From positions 26,660,001 through 26,724,000 of the forward strand of contig OX638163.1 of assembly GCA_951804945.1 (NCBI GenBank): a DNA stretch of 64,000 nucleotides. Reading direction: 5' to 3'. The position numbers and the translations under genes are program-made. The notes below the pieces were generated by a model. It saw only the letters and a program-made list of their open reading frames with translations, did no database searches and was not told where the DNA came from. Position 1 is the first letter of the stretch. Each line of letters starts with the position of its first letter. Below are positions 1-11,680 of this stretch, piece after piece. The stretch comes from Podarcis cretensis. Lineage: Eukaryota.

Positions 1-48
1 GAACTTGAATTACACTGGGAAAGGCGGAAGCATCTGCTTCTCTTATTA

Positions 49-413
49 AAGGTAAAGGTAAAGGTACCCCTGCCCGTACGGGCCAGTCTTGACAGACTCT
101 GGGGTTGTGCGCCCATCTCACTTAAGAGGCCAGGGGCCAGCGCTGTCCGGAGACACTTCCGGGTCACGTGGCCAGCGTGACAAAGCTGCTCTGGCCAGAG
201 CCAGAGCCGCACACGGAAACGCCGTTTACCTTCCCGCTGGTAAGCGGTCCCTATTTATCTACTTGCACCCGGAGGTGCTTTCGAACTGCTAGGTTGGCAG
301 GCGCTGGGACCGAGCAGCGGGAGCGCACCCCGCCGCAGGGATTCGAACCGCCGACCTTTCGATCGGCAAGCCCTAGGCGCTGAGGCTTTAACCCACAGCG
401 CCACCTGCGTCCC
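49..413 (-). mobile_element. Sauria SINE (Squam1), full length, young
   Basis: Minus strand starts with a tRNA-like head GGGACGCAGGTGGCGCTGTGGGTTAAA...GGTTCGAATCCC (A/B boxes) and ends in (ACCTTT)n; perfect 15-bp TSD CTGCTTCTCTTATTA at 34-48 and 414-428; CpGs intact. Confidence 0.93.
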
Positions 414-2024
414 CTGCTTCTCTTATTAGATTATGACAAATTATAAAATGTGATTATAACCTGTCTACAGGTTACAGTTAGACATCAGGCCGTGTGGAGA
501 CTGCTTCTTTTTTGCTGCTGCAATGGACATAATTTGATCTAAATCCATCTATTAATGAATTAATTGTGGCAGTGGCTACCTAATATAGACAGAGACACTA
601 CTTGCTTTGTATGACAAAAGTCTTCAAACCGTATTTATTGAATGACCTAGAAGCTCATGATACAAGTTTGCCTTGGTCTATAAAATGCTTTCATTCCATG
701 CTCATGCATTCATGAGGACCAATGCTTTCTAACAAAGAAGCTTGATCGATTACTTGAGAAAATGTAGGTTAAAAACAAAACAGCATTCATGCAAGCTGGT
801 CACTAGTGGAACCACAGATAGGTCTCTGTGATGCATTACCACTGTCTATTCAGTAGTCATTGTTGCAAAAGAAAGAATTAACTGAAAAGCTTGTGTGTGA
901 GGGGGAAGGATTAAGATAATCATATTTCACTTCTACGAGATCACAGAATGCTGCACCAATGAAGGGAGAGGTCTGGGATGCTGGGAAAGAGCAAGAGGAA
1001 AAGTTAGTCTTGTCTTTCCCACCTATATTAAGTAACTGAAGGCAGAACTGAAGGAAAAGAGAGAGCAAGAAGAAGAAAGAGCAGATGGGCAACATATCAG
1101 AAAGACGGGGTAGAAGATGCAAAGCAACAGAACTGATAGACCAGGGATGGGAAGCCTTTTTCAGCCCGAGAGCCACATTTCCTCCCGGACAGCCTTCAAG
1201 GAGCTACATGCAAGTGGTGGGCAGGGTCATAGGCAAATGTGGACAGAGCAACAAATATAAATGTTACCTTCATACAATAGACTAGTTGCTATGGACACTC
1301 CTCTCTATCTTCCATCCAGGCAAGCAAGAAGTTCCAAAGTTCAAGGACACATTCTTGCCAATAAAAAACACTAAAGTAGTTTCCTAAGTAGGGCTGATGA
1401 GGGGTGTGGTTGGGGAAGAATGTGCCACGTGGGCCAGACAGAAAGGCTTGGAGGGCCCCGTTTGGAGGGCCCATTCTTGTGATGGGCTAAAAGCTCAGTT
1501 ACACTAGTACCAGTGGAAGATTCCCTCTCTCAGACAAATACTTCAGAAGAGGGTTTTTCCTTAAGGTGGCAGCAGGGTTTGAATGGGCTAAATTCCCCTC
1601 TGTGTTGGCTCTGATATTATTAATTATCAGACCCCACTGCCTGGTGCAATTGACTTTTAGAATTTACATTTTTAGAACCCCAGGACTTTAAAAGCAAATA
1701 CACATTCAATGCCATACATAGCTTGGCTCTAAAACTAAAACTATTGGATTGGGGAACTAAATTGGCTGCCTTAAACTCCATGAATGCAGATGATAGACCT
1801 TCAAGGTCTTGACAGCCAATGAATTCTGAGAGATACTGTCAGCATATGTAGAAAGTGATCTCTGTTGCCATCAACAACTGCATCACTTGTGATGAATGAA
1901 ATGCTCAAGTAAAAACTAGTGAGACAAGGCCTGTAAAACACCTCATAGTTCTGACAACAGTTGCCTTAGCAATTTTTGCAAAGTTATTTTATCAGGATAA
2001 GATCACAAGAGGGCAGGCTGCACA

Positions 2025-2165
2025 CTAGGAGAAGGCTCTTGATGATAAGAGCAGTTTGACAATCAATGAATTCCCTAGTGGGGAGAGATTTCTTGATGGG
2101 AATCTTCAAGCTCTGGGATGCTGTATCTCTGAATTTCCTGTATCAGGTAAGAAGTTCAGTTAGAT
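2025..2165 (+). mobile_element. Highly decayed CR1 LINE 3' end
   Basis: AGGAGAAGGCTCTTGATGATAAGAGCAGTTTGACAAT... resembles the CR1 ORF2 C-terminus (RKNFLTVRAVRQWN) seen intact at 59500-59560. Confidence 0.45.
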
Positions 2166-2166
2166 A

Positions 2167-2457
2167 GGGCTGGATCCAACACTAGTTTTACTCAGCGTAG
2201 ACCCACTGAAATGAACAGACATGAGTAACAGAGTTTCCTTAATTTATCTGGGTCCATTGCTTTCCCCCCTAAAAATATGTTTAGGGGTACTCTCATTTTG
2301 ACTCAAGAAAATCACCATTTTATAGTTCAAATTGGGAAAAATAAATACAGTAAATGGACAAAAGTACAAAGATGTTTAGGGGTATACGTACCCCTGCATA
2401 CCCCCAGAAAAAAGCACTGTTTGGGTCTACATTATGAGTAGAATTTGGTTGGATAGC
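2167..2457. mobile_element. Palindromic MITE, interrupted by a hAT MITE
   Basis: Inverted ends GGGCTGGATCCAAC...GTTGGATAGCC with internal TACTCA/TGAGTA symmetry. Confidence 0.55.
2255..2419. mobile_element. hAT-type MITE
   Basis: TIR CATTGCTTT...AAAGCACTG; 8-bp TSD TCTGGGTC (2247-2254) / TTTGGGTC (2420-2427). Confidence 0.8.
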
Positions 2458-3544
2458 CTACAAGTTCTCCTTCTAAGTCACCTTCAGTTTAAATCAGTGG
2501 TGAGGAATTTCTGGCCATCCAGATGTTGCGGGATGCCAACTCCCAGCAGCCCAACCCAGGATAGGCAGTGCTTAGGGACATCTGGAGGGCACCATGTCCC
2601 CCAACATCTGTCTAAATGGGGGGGACTTCTCATATTTACCAATTTGCTGTGGTGAAACCAGCATGTATTTTAAAAAGTGTTTATCCAACTTCAAATGAAC
2701 TTATTTTCCAGTGGGAAGGAGTTAGCTTTCTCCCTGCATCATCTTATGCTGATGAACTAACCAACTTAATTCACAGGGCCCCGTCTTCCAGTGCTTGCCT
2801 GGCAAAGTTTCTTTCTGAATCAAACATTGAGTGGAATTTCCAATTCTAATCATTTGAGAGCGAAAGTGCAGCTTTAAGGGGTAAAGGAGAAAGTTATCCA
2901 GAAGTTGAGTAGTTCACAAGGTTATGTGCGACGCAAGACTAACAAGATAGCAAAATAAATAAATAAAAGTATCATAAGGGAGAAACTTTGGTCTCCAGAA
3001 TGCACTATGTTCAGATATATATCCACTCCAGAGATGGACTTGAAAATCATCACCGTTTTTATGCCAGTGTGTTTTTATCCCCTGACCTTGAAAGCACAAG
3101 GGGATTTGTGGAGAGGACCAAGGAAAGTTCAAACAGCCGATGCAATCAGAGAAACAGATGTATCCGTGTATTTATCATTAAAGAGCACACGGAACCTTCA
3201 CACATATATTTTAGAAAGTCTTATATTGTCACAGAAATGATTGATGCGTATAGCAGCATTTTTCAAAGGCACCATGAATAGATTTGAAGGATAAACAGAA
3301 AATGGAGTAATCTTTTCAGTGTGCCCCCCCCCTCGCTTCTTATTTTTTTGGTCAGCTGTGAATCTAAGAATAAGATATAGGCTGACAGGACAACCATAGC
3401 AACCAAGACATGTCATACCTTGTGTGTGATAAGCATTAAGCTATAGGGTTATGAATATTGTTGCACTGATAGTCAAAATAAGAAAGGGAGAGGTGCTACT
3501 GAAGAGTAGGAATAAAGATCTGCTCCCAGGTCATTTTCAAAGTA

Positions 3545-4814
3545 CAGTGGTACCTCGGGTTACATACGCTTCAGGTTACATACGCTTCAGGTTACAGACT
3601 CCGCTAACCCAGAAATAGAGGGGGCCACTAGGGGGCGCATCGGAAGATGGCTGACAATAACATCTCTCCAACCCACACGAGGTAATTTGGAGGCTATGAT
3701 GGGAGTAATTAGCCTCCCTACCCCCCCAGGATGGTGGGGGGGGGACTGCCTTGCCTGCTGTGCCCTATACCACCCCCGAATTTGTGGGGATGGGGGCACT
3801 AGACACAAAGCCCTCCTGTGGGATTCCGGTGCTCCTGGACGCCGTCCCTGATCTGCGCCACTAGCTGCAAGAACGTCAAAAGAGACCATTTGGATGAAGG
3901 AATGCACATATCTCAAGGAAGAAGGGGGAATAAAGACTGTTAACAGAAGAGATCTCTGATAAAATAAGACGAGTTGGAGGAACAAGAGAAATCATGAGAA
4001 GATACGCCAAGACTCGGTATGGCAAATGACGGATGGGGGAGGGGAAAAAAACTTTCCTTTCTTTCCTTATGTGATTAAACAAGAATCCCCTCCCCTCACG
4101 AGTCAGAAATGTCGTTTTAAGGACTTAAGCTGTGGATTTAAGGCTGTGTGGAGATAAACTTTCGAACCAAAGCATGTTTTAAGAAGAGCGTGGAATGTAT
4201 AAGAGCTTTGGAATGACGCAGATAAAAATGCCGTCACCATATTGGGAAGTTCTGTCGGAGGACTTAAGTCTGAGAGGAGAAATAGAGAAATAGAGCTGTT
4301 TTTATATTGTGGGTGAAACTCCTCAGTGGGACTTAAGAGCGACAGTTTTGCGAGATTAATGATGGAAAGAGCGATGTTATCTATGAAGGCGATGAACAAG
4401 ATGTGATGTGGAAACAGCAAGATAAGACTGGATAGAATTATGAACTCTGTTTGGATTGATTTCAACTGATTTGGACATTAACGCAGTAGCAAGAAGATGA
4501 TCAGAATCCCCCTTCGGATCTTGAAATATGAGTCCCCCAAACAAAATTTAAAATTCGGCTTTGTAATTTGGAATTTATGTGATGTGAGTTAATTTGATTT
4601 GATTGGCCGGTTAATAAAAATTATTTTTTAAAAAACCCAGAAATAGTACCTCAGGTTAAGAACTTTGCTTCAGGATGAGAACAGAAATCGTGCTCCGGCG
4701 GAGCGGCAGCAGCGGGAGGCCCCATTAGCCAAAGTGGTGCTTCAGGTTAAGAACAGTTTCAGGTTAAGAACGGACCTCCAGAATGAATTAAGTACTTAAT
4801 CCGAGGTACCACTG
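3545..4814. mobile_element. Tc1/mariner (Tigger-like) 242-bp MITE, split by an L1-type insertion
   Basis: TIRs CAGTGGTACCTCGG...CCGAGGTACCACTG flanked by TA; removing 3619-4646 gives 242 bp, matching the copies at 24236, 38164 and 55063. Confidence 0.9.
3619..4633 (+). mobile_element. Non-autonomous L1-type retroposon (1015 bp, no intact ORF)
   Basis: 13-bp TSD AACCCAGAAATAG (3606-3618 / 4634-4646); GC-rich 5' end with GGAAGATGGC; purine-rich body; AATAAA then A-rich tail. Confidence 0.8.
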
Positions 4815-5224
4815 TATCATAACTAAACTTATGAAGTCCCTAAGAAGGAAAGGTTACCTGAAAGACCACCTGCACCTGCATAAGATCAGTCAGATCACAT
4901 AGATAATGGGGGGGGGGATTGTGCATGGCAAAGCGCCTTACAGAATATCACAATGCGGTGACACCAGATTCTGCATTTTCTGCACTGTGGAATGACATTT
5001 TTTCTGCTGTATATGAAGCTCCACCCATTAGTTGCTTCTGATGGCTTGTGAAGACCTAACTTTTTGTCCAACCTTTCATTGACTGGTTTTGTTCCCCCCC
5101 CCCCGAATTACTGTTTTTATCTGTTTTTATAATGCTGCTTAACTGCCTTTATGATGCTGTTTTATTCTTTAGGGTTTTTTAAATTGTTGATAGGGTTTTG
5201 ATATCACACCTATACCGGTGTGAT

Positions 5225-5684
5225 TGTCAGAGTTGCACAACACCAGGAAAAGTAGTCCAGTCTTTTCTCTTTCCCATTGTCAGCCTCTCCAGAGTTGATG
5301 GTGAAGAAAACTCCTTGCCCGCACAGTTCGGTATAAAGTATTTTATTGCATCAAGATACAAGACAAATTTTACACACTATATACATAAAGTTAAGAGATG
5401 CACCATAAACTAAATTACTAAGTATAGTAACCTGGCCTTAGAGACTAGAGATCTAAATACACAGAGAGATCCAGATTTGGAGAGATAGCCACCCAGCCCC
5501 CTACAATTCACTACCATTAACCACACTAGCCCTACATTGCTGCTGAATGCAGCCTTATACCCGCCAAAGGATGTATACCCATTCTTTGGGCAAAAGGTGG
5601 TGTGTGGATGAGTCATGCCAGAAGTTGTGCATCCTTGAGCTGTTTCAAGGGGCCCATCATAGCTGGGCATCCTAGCCCTGAACA
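5225..5684 (-). mobile_element. Probable old solo LTR
   Basis: TGTCAGAG...CCCTGAACA imperfect inverted TG..CA termini, ~460 bp, minus-strand AATAAA near 5342; TSD not clean. Confidence 0.45.
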
Positions 5685-5844
5685 GAAATCAGACATGGGG
5701 GGTGGGCAACTTGAGACATAGACCAAGCAGTTAGTGCAATTTCACACATATTCCCAAATTACACCCAGGATTTTGCATATCACTTTTTTAAAAAAAAATT
5801 AAGTGGTTTAGAAATGCTTTTAAATAAATGAATAAAATAAGAAT

Positions 5845-6620
5845 AAGGTGGAACTTTGACGAGCCTTCAGTTTCTCTCAGTTCCAATCTTAAATTCATTT
5901 TGTCACATTTATGCATCAGTTTGCAAACTTTTTTTTGTAAAGTCATCAAGAAAATTCAATACACTTTCCTGTGCAGTTCTCCTAATATATGCATTGTACA
6001 CATTTTAATATACACATTTAATGCATTGCTGCCTAATTTAGATTCCTATCTGCAACCACAGCACCACCCACATTCTTCTTGGGCTTGCCAATCAGAAGGC
6101 TGGCGGCTCGAATCTGCACGACGGGGTGTGCTCCTGTTGCTCTGACTCAGCTTCTGCCAACCTAGCAGTTCGAAAGCATACCAGTGTAAGTAGAGAAATA
6201 GGTACCACTGTGGAGGGAAGGTAAGTGGTGTTTCCGTGTGCTCTGGCTTCCGTCACAGTGTTCTGTTGTGCCCAAAGCGGTTTAGTCATGCTGGCCACAT
6301 GACCTGGAAAGCAGTTTGTGGACAAATGCTGGCTCCCTCAGTCTGAAGCAAGATGCGCACCACACCCCATAGTCACTTTTGACTGGACTTAACCATTCAG
6401 GGGTCATTTACCTTTACTTTACCATATCTGCAACCACCATTGCCTAACATAATACATTTTGGTACATTATTTTCACTAATGCACACTTTTCTCTCTGTGT
6501 GAACTTTCCCCTAACAAACACTTTTTGGTACTTCTGTCTTTGTAGGAGTGCATCACAGAATTCTGATCATTATGAATAGCTGTGTTTCAGTTCATGTATT
6601 TGGAAGTTCATATTAGGTAA
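5845..6620. repeat. AT-rich dispersed repeat (probable non-autonomous DNA element), interrupted by a Sauria SINE; related pieces near 14650-14840, 23800-24070, 30255-30620, 34860-35215, 59750-60010 and 62380-62500
   Basis: Recurring degenerate blocks (CCTAATATATGCATT, AAATTTGCAC, ACATTTGGAGAAGTGTGAA) at several positions. Confidence 0.45.
6060..6424 (+). mobile_element. Sauria SINE, older, 5' end damaged
   Basis: GGGCTTGCCAATCAGAAGG...CTGCCAACCTAGCAGTTCGAAAGC...CCTTTACTTTACC; 13-bp TSD TATCTGCAACCAC (6047-6059 / 6425-6437). Confidence 0.88.
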
Positions 6621-6798
6621 ACAAATTTCTCCTCTATATCTAGTTTGAGTACAGATGAAGCATTCAAATGCTGTGATATTTTGTTCTAAATTAGGATTGT
6701 ATTCAAGTAAATTGGACTAGACTCACAGAACGTAATGAACATAAGTTAGTAATGTCAATAAATTTCACCTTTTCTCCTCTAAGTACTTTGGATACCAT

Positions 6799-7050
6799 GC
6801 CAGTGTGGTGTAGTGGTTAAGAGTGGTAGTCTCGTAATCTGGGGAACTGGGTTCGCGTCTCCGCTCCTCCACATACAGCTGCTGGGTGACCTTGGGCTAG
6901 TCACACTTCTCTGAAGTCTCTCAGCCGCACTCACCCCACAGAGTGTTTGTTGTGGGGGAGCAAGCGAAAGGAGATTGTTAGCCGCTTTGAGACTCCTTAA
7001 ATGGAGTGAAAGGCGGGATATCAAATCCAAACTCTTCTTCTTCTTCTTCT
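6799..7050 (+). mobile_element. Squam3-like tRNA/CORE SINE
   Basis: GCCAGTGTGGTGTAGTGGTTAAGAG A-box, GGGTTCGCGTCTCC B-box-like, CORE GCTGGGTGACCTTGGGC, (CTT)n tail; near-identical copy at 37769. Confidence 0.88.
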
Positions 7051-8629
7051 ACATAGTATTTTCTCCATCAATGTATTCAAAGAAACACTCTCATGTTCCT
7101 TGGGATTTAAAATGGTAAAGTAGTACATATTATAAAATTGTACAGCTACAGAATTGTTATTTGGAACTATAAGCAATGTTCAAATAGAGCTTAGAATTTC
7201 CAGAGGTGACAAAGAACTTGTGAGGCCAACCTACATATTGTTTCACTACCACCTCCAGCTTTTCAATGTTTATCTCCCAAAGCAAAGATTGTTCAAAGGC
7301 CACAAACAGTGAAAGCTCTTAGGAGTAGGAAAACTCCTAATTGTTCCCAGTACAGACTATGGTGGAGTCAATAAGAGGTACAAACTGTCCTTCAGATGGT
7401 TTTGTTTATTTGCTTCTCCATTTCCAAACACAGAACTCTCTTTAGCCAGGATCTAACAAAGTTTTCAAATTCAACTTCAAACTCAGGTGGGGTAAATTTG
7501 CCCCACCCCAACTGAAAATGATTTTGCCTTGAGGAGAAGTTGGGGAAGAGACAAGTCCCATGAACCTCAGTCACTATAGCCAATGGTCAGGGATGATGGG
7601 AGTTGCAGTTCAACCACATCTGGAGGGCCATAGGCTCCCCATCCCTGCGCTAGAGGAAAAATGAATACTATAGCTCCTCTTTTGAGTTTGCCCATGAACT
7701 GATCAACTTTTTCTGGGTTGCATCCAGTACAAAATAATCCCAGGAGGTCTAGATTAGAAAAATTGGTTCTTTAAGTACAGGGCAGCAAATAATGAATTGT
7801 TCAGGAATCTTTTATTATTATATTTTTCTTTTCTTGTTCTCCCAAGTTAGACATCAAACAACAAAGAGCCCCATTCAACACTTCATAGCTCCCTGTAATT
7901 ACAGCAGTGATAATGAGAATGATGGATATCTAATTAAAATCTGTGGGAACTGCAAGCTAGGAGAAATGTGGATGATCTCCCCAAACTGCAATTTTCTCTT
8001 AAGTTCAGCTACTTTCTTCGAACATATTTGAGAGCTCCCCTCCCTTCTGCACACATACTTCCCCCCTCCTTTTTGCCACAGCAGCATTTTTTATTGCCTG
8101 CTATAATGAGGCTCCTCTATAGGTCAAGGCTAATTTCAACAGACAACTGATGGAACACAGAAAAGATTTTGCTTCAAGATGAAAGAGTGGAAGGTTTGTG
8201 TGAGTTTCTTTGCCTCATGTGCCCTAAAAAATATTGGTTTGGGGTGACTTGCATTTCTTTATTCTATTAGTTTTGTTTTGTTTAGCTATGAAGTGAACAA
8301 ACAAAAGTTATTCTGCAAGTTTGCTTTTTAAAATAAATAAATTTAAACAGCAAAGCTTTGAAATCTATAGGGACTTACTAAAATTCTGTAGCAAGATTCA
8401 AACACTGTGCTGTGCGATTAGAAAAGAAAACCAATCTTTCTATTGGCATGTAATCAACACACCATTTCTCTAGGCAATGAGCAATGTTGCAGTTAGAGGA
8501 GTCTGTATGTGACTGCACTTGTGAACACTTTCACAAGTGTTCATTTTTAAAATGATTGGGCTGTATCTGGCATCACATGAGGTAGACTTCCACTAGTGCA
8601 ACAGAATCCCTTTCTTTCCTCTCTTTATT

Positions 8630-9210
8630 CTGACAGGCAAGAGAAGGAGCAGGAGACAGGGGCTGGCTGAAGTAGTCCCACATGTCCCTCAACATCCGAT
8701 CATCCAGGGGTGCTCAAAGTCATTGGACAAAGAAGGGAAAATCTGTACAATATCCAACAAAGTGAAACTCCAAGTAGAAGCAATGAAAGGAATGGACCAA
8801 ATATAGCCACACTTACTGATTTTGATATGTCCAATGAGTGGGACTAATATTGGACTCAGCCCTCTGACTCCAGACAACTAGAGGAACAGTGGAATGGCTA
8901 GACAAGAAGCAGGGCAGCTGTCTTCTGCTTGTCACTGGATTGTGGTAACAAAGAGCAGCAGAAGCCACTGCCAATGGAGGAGACCGAGACCTCTCTCTTT
9001 TGGTCCCAGTGCCTGGTGACAGAAGAGCAGCACAGCAGAATCTTCTTCTGTTAGAGCCAGAACCCTCTTCCTCTGAACTCATAAGGCAGCTCTGGATTGT
9101 CCAATGGTTGAACAACCAATGACTAGACAACCAATGGCTGGAAAGTCCCAAGGACCTACGGAAACATGGTTCCTCATATATCATCCTGTGTCTTGGGAAG
9201 CATACATGTT
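8630..9210 (+). mobile_element. Possible very old LTR remnant (acidic U3 type)
   Basis: Purine-rich acidic-coding stretch, then CCT CTG ACT CCA (PLTP) and TCT GCT TGT (S-A-R if CpG restored); boundaries approximate. Confidence 0.3.
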
Positions 9211-9232
9211 CTTGCTGTACTGGATGTCTTGT

Positions 9233-9344
9233 AGAATCATAGAATTTTAAAGCAGGCATCCTTCCCACAGCCATCCCTGAGTCAGCTCAAACCACCAACC
9301 TTCTGGTTAACAACCAGACAAACTGACCTATTGCACCATTGGGG
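9233..9344 (-). mobile_element. tRNA-Asn-derived SINE with CR1-type tail
   Basis: Minus strand TGGTGCAATAGGTCAG...CTGGTTGTTAACCAGAAGGTTGGTGGTTTGAG matches vertebrate tRNA-Asn(GTT) with decay; ends ATTCTATGATTCTA. Confidence 0.65.
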
Positions 9345-10874
9345 GCTTTGATGAGAAGGATGAATTTGAATGTTTTTTACTGACAGGTCCAATATATAAA
9401 GGATCCCAGTGCCATTGTGGTTCCTCTACAGCAAGTATGTTGCTGAACTACAAATCCTACCATTCCTGCCATTGGTCATGTTTGCTGCATAGGTTTGTTT
9501 GTGTACCTTATTCAAAGTACGATGGCTGTGAAATGCATCACAGCTCATTTGAACAGCCTCATTCTACCCAGTTTTCATCAATGAGGACTGGCACATGCTT
9601 GCATGTGTGAGTGGGATATAACAACTTGTGATAGGCATAAATGTTATTATGTGAATGGGGGGATCAAGAGGGCCTTCTTCCATGGTTAAAACTATAATAA
9701 TCAGCAGCAGAGATTTTCTTGATTTCATATTTTAAGAGTTCTTTTAGACTATCATTCTAAATACCAGTCCTAGTTACAAAGCTTTCTACAACAGTATTCA
9801 TGCCTGCCTGCTAAGCCACTAATTACAAGAGGCTCCCTATGATAATGTGAAGCAATTCAAATTTCTATTAAAGGAGGCAAGTTGCCAATTCTAAAGCCCA
9901 GAAGTGCAATGTTCATATTTAATTGAGATTCTTATGAGGGATGACCTATGTACCTTCTCAAGCCACTGGTCAAAAAAACAGATGGTTCCAAACACTCACC
10001 AACTATGTCAACTGAATGCACATGCTGATTTACTTCTGCTTGAGTAACAAGCCATTTGAAGCTAAACAGTCATGAAAAAAAGAGGCAGTTCATTCACTGG
10101 ACACATCAATATGGCTATGATCTGCATGAGAGAAGTTCAGAATATATGGGGCTTCCCACAAGGGAGAGGCTCTATGTGTTTGTCTGTTTAAGCAAGAGCA
10201 CATAGACATATTCTCATTCATGAACAGAGAACATTTCCAAGCAAAACTTAGCTACGCAAAATCCTCCAAAATAGAACAGTTAAGGTTTGATGGAAGTTGA
10301 TCTTCCGGAGCAAGGGAGCTGTGCAATCCCTCATCTTTACTTCAAAGACCAGAAGAACTGTACATAGTAGATAGTACTGTTTAGCTTTCTCTTGTGTATG
10401 GAGACAATAAACACTTTGTCACTTGGAGTAGTTTGGGGGAGCAGGTTTCCCCTTAACTGAGGACTCTGAAAGAAGCTGTTCTGCTGAGAGCAGGAAATCT
10501 CCGAAGACTCTGCTGGGGTTCTGTATACTCTGCTGATACATCACACTGGTTGAAGTGTGGTGAACTACCATCTGACTCCTACAAGTCACCAACAGCATGT
10601 GGCTCCAGAAATGTTTCCCATCAGGGAAAAGAGCCCTTAGACCTTGAGCTCAACTCGTTTGTGAGCTTCCCATAGGTAACTGGTTGACCACTGAGAAAAT
10701 AGGATGTTGGACTAGATGGGCCTTTGGCCTGGTCCCGCAAGGTTCTTTTTATGGCACTGAAGTGCTGCAGAAGTCATCCTGTGTTAAGTGGAAATGGTGA
10801 AGGTGATGAGAACCATGAGCCAGTTAAATTTCCTCTTCCTGTACCCCCATGCAATATGTTTTAACATATTACAC

Positions 10875-11680
10875 TGATCCTGGCCCAACTGCACTAGCTG
10901 CCAATTAGTTTCTGGACCCTATTCAAAGTGCTATGGCTCAGGACTACAATATCTCAAGGACCTTTGCTCCCCATATGAACTGACTCAGACCTGTGATCAT
11001 CATCTGAGGCCCTTCTTTGTGTGGCTCCTCTATGGGAGCAGACCTTCCAAGTGTCCCTATTTTCCAGGGACCTGCCGGGTTTAGAGAAGCCATCCCGGTT
11101 ACTGATTTGATCCCGGAATGTCCTGCTTTTCCTTAAGATGTCCTATTTCCATTGGAGAAATGTTGGAGGGTATGGAGTTATCTGGCCCCCAAGCCATCTG
11201 AAGGCAATCCTGTATAGGAAAGTTTTATTAATGTTTAATGTTTTATTATGTTTTTATATATGGTGGAAGCTTCCCAGAGTGCCAAGGCAACTCAATAAAA
11301 TGTGTGGGGTATAAATAGTAGAATTATTTTATTGAAAGGGACGTCCCTATTTTAATTGGAGAAATATTAGAAGGAATGTTGAGAGGTCTGGAGGGTGGCA
11401 ACACAAGAATAGGCCTTTTCTGTGATGGCTCCATGCTTGTGGAATGCTCTCCCAAGGGAGGCTCACCTGGCTCCTTTGTTACATATATTTAGGTGCCAGG
11501 TGAAAATGTTTCTCTATAACCAGGCCTTTGGCTGATTAAACATGTTTATAGGAAAGGAGTTATTGGTTTGTTTTTGTTTTATTATGTATTTTGTATTTTC
11601 ATTTTGTATTTTTATGTTGTGTACCACCCTGTTATCTTTGGATGAAGGGCAATATACAAATTTAATAAATAATAATAATA
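10875..11680 (+). mobile_element. L2-type LINE 3' fragment, interrupted at 11039-11378
   Basis: CTGCACTAGCTGCCAATTAGTTTC...ATTCAAAGTGCT (LHWLP..R..FK-like), AGGCCTTTTCTGTGATGGCTCCATGCTTGTGGAATGCTCTCCC (RAFSV.AP.LWN.LP), (TAA)n tail. Confidence 0.75.
11039..11378 (+). mobile_element. Composite MITE carrying a LINE 3' fragment (copy 1)
   Basis: Left end CAGACCTTCCAAGTGTCCC; right end GGAGAAATGTTGGAGGGTATG present twice with an L2-like tail between; same layout as 57366-57734. Confidence 0.7.

Noticed and set aside
1996-2152. Apparent exon or recursive splice site CAG|GTAAG at 2146
   Set aside because: Lies in a decayed CR1 3' end, and the longer candidate exon has an in-frame stop
3556-3600. 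CRISPR-like short direct repeats (TTCAGGTTACA)
   Set aside because: Internal repeats of a MITE in vertebrate DNA; no unique spacers and no cas genes
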